Positions 57,982 to 64,000 of a stretch of 64,000 nucleotides of DNA are shown in pieces (the stretch's first letter is position 1; each line of letters opens with the position of its first letter). Origin of the DNA: Verrucomicrobiota bacterium. Lineage in GTDB: Bacteria; Verrucomicrobiota; Verrucomicrobiia; Opitutales; Seribacteraceae. Made by a program: the position numbers and the translations under genes. The stretch is from positions 162,434 to 226,433 of the forward strand of contig JAQBYT010000004.1 of NCBI GenBank assembly GCA_027622665.1. The letters are read 5' to 3'. The notes beneath the pieces were generated by a model. It was not told where the DNA came from. It did not search any database and saw nothing but the letters and a program-made list of their open reading frames with translations.

Positions 57982-58091
57982 GGCTAACTAGTATTTTGGG
58001 TTTGGGAAATTGTATTCTCGGGCATGTTCGGCTTGTTTGTCCACGCCAACCCGCGAAGCCTAAGCAATGGGTGTCCTGTCTCTTCTTCGGG

Positions 58092-59483
58092 TTAAGCCAG
58101 CAATTGACCGACTTCGCCCGTGCTGTCGGCGAATCGATCGAATTTCAGGCCCAAGGCATTGGCTTGAGTTAACCACAGATTGTTGAGTGAAAGTCCATTG
58201 GTCGGTTGGGAGTATTTGCGCTCCTTTTTGGGATCGGGTATCGATTGATTGGCAAGATTCAGGTGTTTCCCGGTGATTAGTTTCCCTCCGCCGGACCCAG
58301 CCACGATGATCGGTAAAGAACTGTACTGGTGAGTGGCGCCGTCGCCCAGACCTGAGCCGTAGGTGAAAATTGTATTGTCCAGCAACGAGGTGCCGTTGGC
58401 TTCCTCGATGGAATCCATTTTTTCCACCAAGTAGGCGAACTGCTGCATATGAAAGTGGTCGACCTTGAGGAGGTCGTCGATAAAGCGACCTTGGTTGTGG
58501 GACATTTGGTGGTGACTGCGGGGCTTGTCGAACAAGCTTTCGAACATGTAGGGAGTGTCCCAGCGTTCGGGCCCCACCATGAAGGTGGCGACGTTGGTCA
58601 GGCCGGTTTGGAGGGCGACCACCATGAGATCCCCCATCAAGCGAACGTATTCGCCGCGGGGTAGATGAGCGTCCGCAGGTTCCTCGAACTTGACCTTGGC
58701 CAATTCCTCCTTGAGGCCCTCCAGTCTTTCCACTTGCGTCTCGATGGTTCGGATGGAGTCAAAGTATTCGTTGAATTTTTGCCTGTCCGCATAACCGAGG
58801 TTGCGCTGCATGGAGCGGGCGTCTTCAAGTACGAGGTCCGTTACGTTACGCGAAGCGTCGATTTCCTGTGTCGCAAAAAGGCGTCGGTAAACTTTTCGAG
58901 GTGAGCGCATGGAGGGGGCGACGTGCTCCGTCCCATACCATGACACGTTATCGAAGTAGATCGACTCTTTGTTGTCGTTGTGGCTGTTACAACTGAACTC
59001 CAAGGTCCTGAAAGGAGTGTTTCTCCCGATCTTGTCAGCCACCAAGTGGTCCAAGGTCCGAGCCAGCGGATAGGCTGACTGCGTTACGGTGTAGGGTGGG
59101 GCGCTGCTGAGGAAGCAGGAGGCGCATTGGGCGTGCACATCGGTGCCTTCCTGAAAAGCGCGATCCATCCCGGTTATGAAGGTGATTTTGTCCTTCACCC
59201 GTTCCAAGGGCTTTTGGGTGGGCGTCAACGAGAGCGGATTCAAGCCCAACGGAATCTTGATGTCTCGCGAAATTTCTTTCCTGCTGCCCGAGAACTTGGG
59301 AATGATGGCCCCCGATTCGCCGGGGAAGAAGCCACGTCGCACCACACCGATGGGTACGTAGAACCAGGCAATGCGCTGAGCGGGTGCCATGGTCGCCGCG
59401 ACACCCAGGCTTTCCAACCACGGCAGGGCCAAGGCGGATCCGCCAATGCCTCGGAGGAAAGATCGTCTAGTAACTTTGTCCAT
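58092..59483 (-). CDS. DUF1552 domain protein
   Basis: TRRSFLRGIGGSALALPWLES, HHQMSH, GTSLLDNT, FADSTG. Confidence 0.9.
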   Translation of the reverse strand: MDKVTRRSFLRGIGGSALALPWLESLGVAATMAPAQRIAWFYVPIGVVRRGFFPGESGAIIPKFSGSRKEISRDIKIPLGLNPLSLTPTQKPLERVKDKITFITGMDRAFQEGTDVHAQCASCFLSSAPPYTVTQSAYPLARTLDHLVADKIGRNTPFRTLEFSCNSHNDNKESIYFDNVSWYGTEHVAPSMRSPRKVYRRLFATQEIDASRNVTDLVLEDARSMQRNLGYADRQKFNEYFDSIRTIETQVERLEGLKEELAKVKFEEPADAHLPRGEYVRLMGDLMVVALQTGLTNVATFMVGPERWDTPYMFESLFDKPRSHHQMSHNQGRFIDDLLKVDHFHMQQFAYLVEKMDSIEEANGTSLLDNTIFTYGSGLGDGATHQYSSLPIIVAGSGGGKLITGKHLNLANQSIPDPKKERKYSQPTNGLSLNNLWLTQANALGLKFDRFADSTGEVGQLLA

Positions 59484-59511
59484 GGTATTATCTCGATTTA
59501 AGGAGTTAACT

Positions 59512-61560
59512 CTAGTTCTCGAGGCTCTTTTTGCGATTCGGGTTCGATGCTGTGACGAAGGGTACACTTTGGGTCACGAGATGGATCATTTTTCTCATGC
59601 GGTAATTGGCAGTGGCGGTTTCCTCGACGATACGCTCAATCGCAGGAATGTCGGCGGCACTTGTTTCACGACCCAAGGCAAAGGCAAGCAAGTGACCGGC
59701 CAAGGCACGGGTGAAACGATCCTTTTCCGCGAGGATGGCGTCCTTGAATTCAATTACGTCGCTGAAGTTGTGCTTCCGAAAAAGGACGCCATTCATGTCC
59801 ACCTTGCGCCCGTTTTCATACTGGTCGCGCCATCGCCCGACGGCGTCGTAGTTTTCCAATGCGAATCCCAAGGGATCAAGCTTGGCATGGCACCCGGAGC
59901 AGGTGGCATTTTCTCGATGGATCTTGAAACGTTCTCGCACGGTCAGGTTCTCAGCCTCCTTCTCTTTCTTTAGCGGTGGAACATCGGCGGGGGGAGGTTC
60001 CGGGTGATCGTTGAAAATAGCGCCGGCCAACCAGGCTCCGCGTGTGATGGGCTTGGATTCCATAGGGCCCGAGGTCATTGTCATAACCGCCGCCGTGGTG
60101 ATTACTCCACCGTGGCGCCTGTCGGGCACGAGCACTCGATTGAACTCGATGGTAGTGGGTCCACCGAATTTTCCGTCTGACTCTTCACCGTACCAGTTTT
60201 GCAATCGTTTCGAGCGATAAGTGTAGTTGGAATCAATCAATTCCAGAATGGGGCGGTTCTCCACTAGAATCGTTTCAAATAGCAAAAGAGGTTCAAGCAT
60301 CATGTCCATGCTGGTCCGGTAATTTGGGGGAGCATAGTAGAAATCCTTGTATTTATTGAAGTCTGGTACCGAGGAAATGATTCGGTCCAGTTGCAGCCAC
60401 TGTGAGGGGAAACTGTCGCAAAAACGTTTCATTCGTCGGTCATTCAACATACGCTCGACCTGTCTTTCCAAAATCTTTGGATCGGAGAGCTTTCCGTTTT
60501 CCGCTTCCGCCAATAATTCCTCGTCAGGAATACTGCCCCAGAGGAAAAAAGACAGGCGGGATGCCAACTCGTAGTCATCCTGCGACTTTCTCGAATCTTT
60601 GGTGGCGGCCTCGTCGTAGAGGTAGAGAAAGCGCGGGGAGGCGAGGGCGGCCGAGACGGCTGACTTCATGCCTTCGGTGAAGGAGTCTCCCGACTTTATG
60701 CGGGACATGACGTGGGAGAGGTAGCGCACCAGCAATTCTTTCGATACCGGTTTGCGGAAGGCTCTCCCGAGAAAGCCTTGCAGGCGTTCTCGAACGACCT
60801 CCGACACCTCGGTTTCACCCTTCGGAGTGGCGAAAAAGCTGTTCCATATACCACAGGTTCTCTCGTCGAAATTTCTGCTTTCCACCACCGATTTGCTGAG
60901 TTTGAGGAAGGCTTCCATCAGAAGCGGCGAGAGTGAGAGGTGATCGCCTCGATTGTCGAAACCGTGTTCTGCCCGAAGGTCTTGCGGAAAGGGGTCCACT
61001 CCCACCAGACGCGGCTCGATCAATTGAGATTTGCCGAGTGGGCGACTCCCCACCCTCACCTTGTCAGGCATTTTGCGCTTCGCTGGCTGGAAGTAATTCC
61101 CGTATTCTCGCAACATACGTTCGGGCAAAGGAAAAACAGCTACTTTGAGCTGGAATAGGTCTTTCACTGCATTATTGTACTGGAAGCGGTTCATTCGTCG
61201 AATCGGGGTGTGGGCAAAGACCTTTTTGCTTTTCAAGGCGGAGTGTAGAACCATTTTCAGTTCCCCGACCATTTGTTTGCGGAGCTTGGGATTCAGTTGC
61301 GGTTCGTCCTCGGGGGGCATGTCCTCGAACTCAAGCGCCTCAATCAGTTTGCCCAGTAGTTTTTCGTTCGCCGACAAATCCTCCATGGTTTTTAAGGCAA
61401 GAAGGTCCACCTTGCCTTTTACTTTTCCCTTCCCCCCATGGCACTTTAGGCAGTTTTGGGCGAAGGCTGGTTTCAGAATATTCTCAAATCCGTCCTGCTC
61501 CGCTTTCGTTGCAGGCAGACAACAAAACAATGACAGAAGTGTGGTGAACGTAAGCTTCAT
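59512..61560 (-). CDS. DUF1587/DUF1595/DUF1592/DUF1588/DUF1585 cytochrome c-type protein
   Basis: CLKCH, RRMNRFQYNN, ELASRLSFFLWGSIPD, CSGCHAKLDPLGFALENYDAVGRWR. Confidence 0.9.
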   Translation of the reverse strand: MKLTFTTLLSLFCCLPATKAEQDGFENILKPAFAQNCLKCHGGKGKVKGKVDLLALKTMEDLSANEKLLGKLIEALEFEDMPPEDEPQLNPKLRKQMVGELKMVLHSALKSKKVFAHTPIRRMNRFQYNNAVKDLFQLKVAVFPLPERMLREYGNYFQPAKRKMPDKVRVGSRPLGKSQLIEPRLVGVDPFPQDLRAEHGFDNRGDHLSLSPLLMEAFLKLSKSVVESRNFDERTCGIWNSFFATPKGETEVSEVVRERLQGFLGRAFRKPVSKELLVRYLSHVMSRIKSGDSFTEGMKSAVSAALASPRFLYLYDEAATKDSRKSQDDYELASRLSFFLWGSIPDEELLAEAENGKLSDPKILERQVERMLNDRRMKRFCDSFPSQWLQLDRIISSVPDFNKYKDFYYAPPNYRTSMDMMLEPLLLFETILVENRPILELIDSNYTYRSKRLQNWYGEESDGKFGGPTTIEFNRVLVPDRRHGGVITTAAVMTMTSGPMESKPITRGAWLAGAIFNDHPEPPPADVPPLKKEKEAENLTVRERFKIHRENATCSGCHAKLDPLGFALENYDAVGRWRDQYENGRKVDMNGVLFRKHNFSDVIEFKDAILAEKDRFTRALAGHLLAFALGRETSAADIPAIERIVEETATANYRMRKMIHLVTQSVPFVTASNPNRKKSLEN

Positions 61561-61719
61561 ATGTTTGCAGTTTCCGAATATGGAATGATATCCTAATATG
61601 GAAATCCGAGGACAGGCTCAAGAACAAAAGTGGCTCGTTCGCAGAAAATATTTGAAGAGAGTTCGGAAAAGGCAACTTGGCTGCATTTCACCGGCAACTC
61701 GTTGTCGTTTCTTATGCTC

Positions 61720-62308
61720 AGGATCGTCCGTCGCCTCGATGACTTTCTCGATGTCCATCAGGGGTAGGGGAGGCCACCTGTTCCCGTCCATCCGTGAACC
61801 GATGCGTTCTCCCGTGGCCTTCGTCATGTCGTCGCTGTATGGAATGCCGAAGAATGAGTCGAAACCCTAAACCCTATTGCGTGGGAAGGAACTCCGGTTG
61901 ATCGCCCAAGTGCCACTTGCCGATGATGGTCGTGGCATAGCCTTGTTCATTCACGACTTCGGCAAGGGTGATTTCATCGGGGTGCAATCCGTAGGGGGAA
62001 ATAGGTAGTAGGACGTGATGGTTCCTCGGATTGAGGTGCATTTGGACCCGTGGCGCATAACATCCGGTCATTATGCTGGCTCGCGACGGTGTGCACACGC
62101 CCGCAGTGACGCAGAAGTGGGTGAACTTGCGACCTTCTTTCGCCATGCGATTCAAATGTGGCGTGCGATGCACCTTGGACTCAAACGGCTCGATGTCCCC
62201 GTAACCGAGATTATCGCATAAGATGACGATGAAATTAGTTTTTCTTGTTTCCTCGGCCGAGACGATTGAAAGAAGAATCAGTGTTGAAACGAGGCAAGGA
62301 ATCCTCAT
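61720..62308 (-). pseudogene. Truncated sulfatase
   Basis: DNLGYGD, CTPSR and GKWHLG, then TAG and a 7-bp duplication at 61863-61876. The shifted frame continues GFDSFFGIPYSDDM...WPPLPLM and then loses similarity. Confidence 0.85.
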
Positions 62309-62370
62309 AGCTCAACATGAAGATGGCTTCTCCTCACCGGGCAAGCGCTGAAGGTGATCGACCCACCATT

Positions 62371-63816
62371 CTATTTCCTCCACTTGTCGACGACGATCTT
62401 GGCGTCGTTCTTTTGTTTTGGGCCGGGAGTGCTCCTGCCCATCTCAATCTGTTGATCTAGCAGGGCACGCAAAACCGTTGTTTTCTTGGACAGTTTGTTA
62501 GCCAAATTCTTTTTCTCCCCGATGTCCTGCTCCATGTCATAGAGTTGAATGAAGGGGAGCTTCTTCTGGGTGGCCTGCTTGATGGCGGTTTTCGTGCCCG
62601 GCTTGCCCCAACCGCCCGAGCCCGGAGAGCAAATGAGTTTCCATCTTCCTTCCCGTATGGCGAATTGTCCCTCGATCGAATGATGGACGACGTTCTCTCG
62701 CATGGGTTTTCCTTCATCGCGAAGAACGTTGGCGAAGCTCAAGCTGTCCTCCGCCGCATCCTCGGGAAGCTTGGCCCCCGTCAGGTCGGCGGCGGTGGCC
62801 ATCAGGTCGGTGAGGCAAACGAGGGCGTCAGTCTTTCGACCTGCCTCGATTACCTTGGGCCAGGAAGCGATGAAGGGCACCCGGTGACCACCGTCCCAAA
62901 TGTCGGCCTTTGAGCCTCGCAAGTTTGCACTGGGGTAATGGCCTTTCTTTATGAGGTCACTCATTTTAGAGGTAGGACCGGATGTGCCGTTGTCGGCGGT
63001 GCAAATTACCAAGGTGTTCTCGAAGTGCCCCGTCTCCTTGAGGGCCTGTATGACTTGGCCAAAGGAGTCGTCGGTTTGCATGACGAAGTCGGCATGTGCA
63101 TTGAGCTTGCTCTTACCTTGCCATTTTTTGGTGGGAACGACCGGACTGTGTGGAGAATTCCAGGGGACGTAGAGAAAGAAAGGTTGCTTGTTCCCTTTTC
63201 GGCTCTGGAGATACTTGACCGCTTGGGCGGTGAGCATGGGGAGCATTTCCTCAGGTTTTAGGTTTTTGGTCACTTTGTCGTTCTCAATCCAAAGGTTGAT
63301 TTGGCGGGCGTGATGAAAGCCGTAAAATTGGTCAAAACCTCCACGGTCGATGGGACCGTGGGAAATTCTTGCCCCAACCGGCACCATGCCTGAATTCTTT
63401 ACGCCGTCGTACAGCATGCCTAGATGCCATTTGCCTATTGCTGCGGTGTGATAACCTTTTAGGCGCAGCATTTTGGCAATGGTAAGTCGATGTTGCGCGA
63501 TTAATGATTCCCCTCCCGTGAGCACCCCCTTTTGCAGACGTGTTCGCCAGGCGTATCGCCCCGTCATCAACCCGTAGCGAGTGGGCGTACAGACGGACGA
63601 ACCACTGTGGCCATCGGTGAAGACAAGCCCCTCTCTGGCGAGTTTGTCGAGGTGTGGTGTCTTGATCTTTCCTCTTTTGGGGTTGAGGTGCTGCACTTCC
63701 CCGAAGCCCATGTCGTCGGCGAGTATTACCACAATGTTCGGTAGTTCTACAGATTGGAGATTGATGCCGGAAAGTGCAAATAACGCGATGGAAGTGAAGA
63801 GGATTAAACGGATCAT
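62371..63816 (-). CDS. Arylsulfatase (Cys-type, S1)
   Basis: DDMGFG, CTPTR, GKWHLG, ADNG, GGHRVPF. Confidence 0.95.
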   Translation of the reverse strand: MIRLILFTSIALFALSGINLQSVELPNIVVILADDMGFGEVQHLNPKRGKIKTPHLDKLAREGLVFTDGHSGSSVCTPTRYGLMTGRYAWRTRLQKGVLTGGESLIAQHRLTIAKMLRLKGYHTAAIGKWHLGMLYDGVKNSGMVPVGARISHGPIDRGGFDQFYGFHHARQINLWIENDKVTKNLKPEEMLPMLTAQAVKYLQSRKGNKQPFFLYVPWNSPHSPVVPTKKWQGKSKLNAHADFVMQTDDSFGQVIQALKETGHFENTLVICTADNGTSGPTSKMSDLIKKGHYPSANLRGSKADIWDGGHRVPFIASWPKVIEAGRKTDALVCLTDLMATAADLTGAKLPEDAAEDSLSFANVLRDEGKPMRENVVHHSIEGQFAIREGRWKLICSPGSGGWGKPGTKTAIKQATQKKLPFIQLYDMEQDIGEKKNLANKLSKKTTVLRALLDQQIEMGRSTPGPKQKNDAKIVVDKWRK

Positions 63817-64000
63817 ATTTTGTCTTCGAATGGCTTTCTCGAAACTATGCGGTTAAATTTGCTTTTGAGTAATAAAGGCAGAAAAGAGGTCATTTCGTAA
63901 TGTTTTGAATAAATTCATAATAAGCAATTTCCTTCCTCTGCTTCTGTTGTTGTTTAAATCGGCTCGTGAGTATCGAAACCGACTGAGGCGCTCCCATATT

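Overview
The window is about 64 kb of bacterial DNA. Its gene content (DUF1501 x3, a DUF1549/DUF1553 cytochrome, a DUF1552/DUF1592 pair, PQQ-like beta-propellers x5, DUF1080 domains x5, several Cys-type sulfatases) is typical of the PVC superphylum, most likely a Verrucomicrobiota or Planctomycetota glycan degrader (inference). Almost all genes are on the minus strand. The only convincing plus-strand genes are a trypsin-like protease, a decayed PAS-AraC regulator and an orphan C5 DNA methyltransferase. The main accessory element is a type I restriction-modification locus ordered hsdM-hsdS-[four nested palindromic REP-like repeats plus TTGAC direct repeats]-fic-hsdR, in which an auto-inhibited Fic-HTH gene is translationally coupled to hsdR. 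Other points: a compact promoter/two-hairpin small-RNA candidate at about 14.42-14.50 kb, sulfatase-DUF1080 and DUF3500-DUF1080 fusions, a pentaheme cytochrome with a partner gene, rapA, and at least six pseudogenes or remnants. No rRNA, tRNA, CRISPR array or transposase was recognised. All family calls come from reading motifs by eye, with no database searches.
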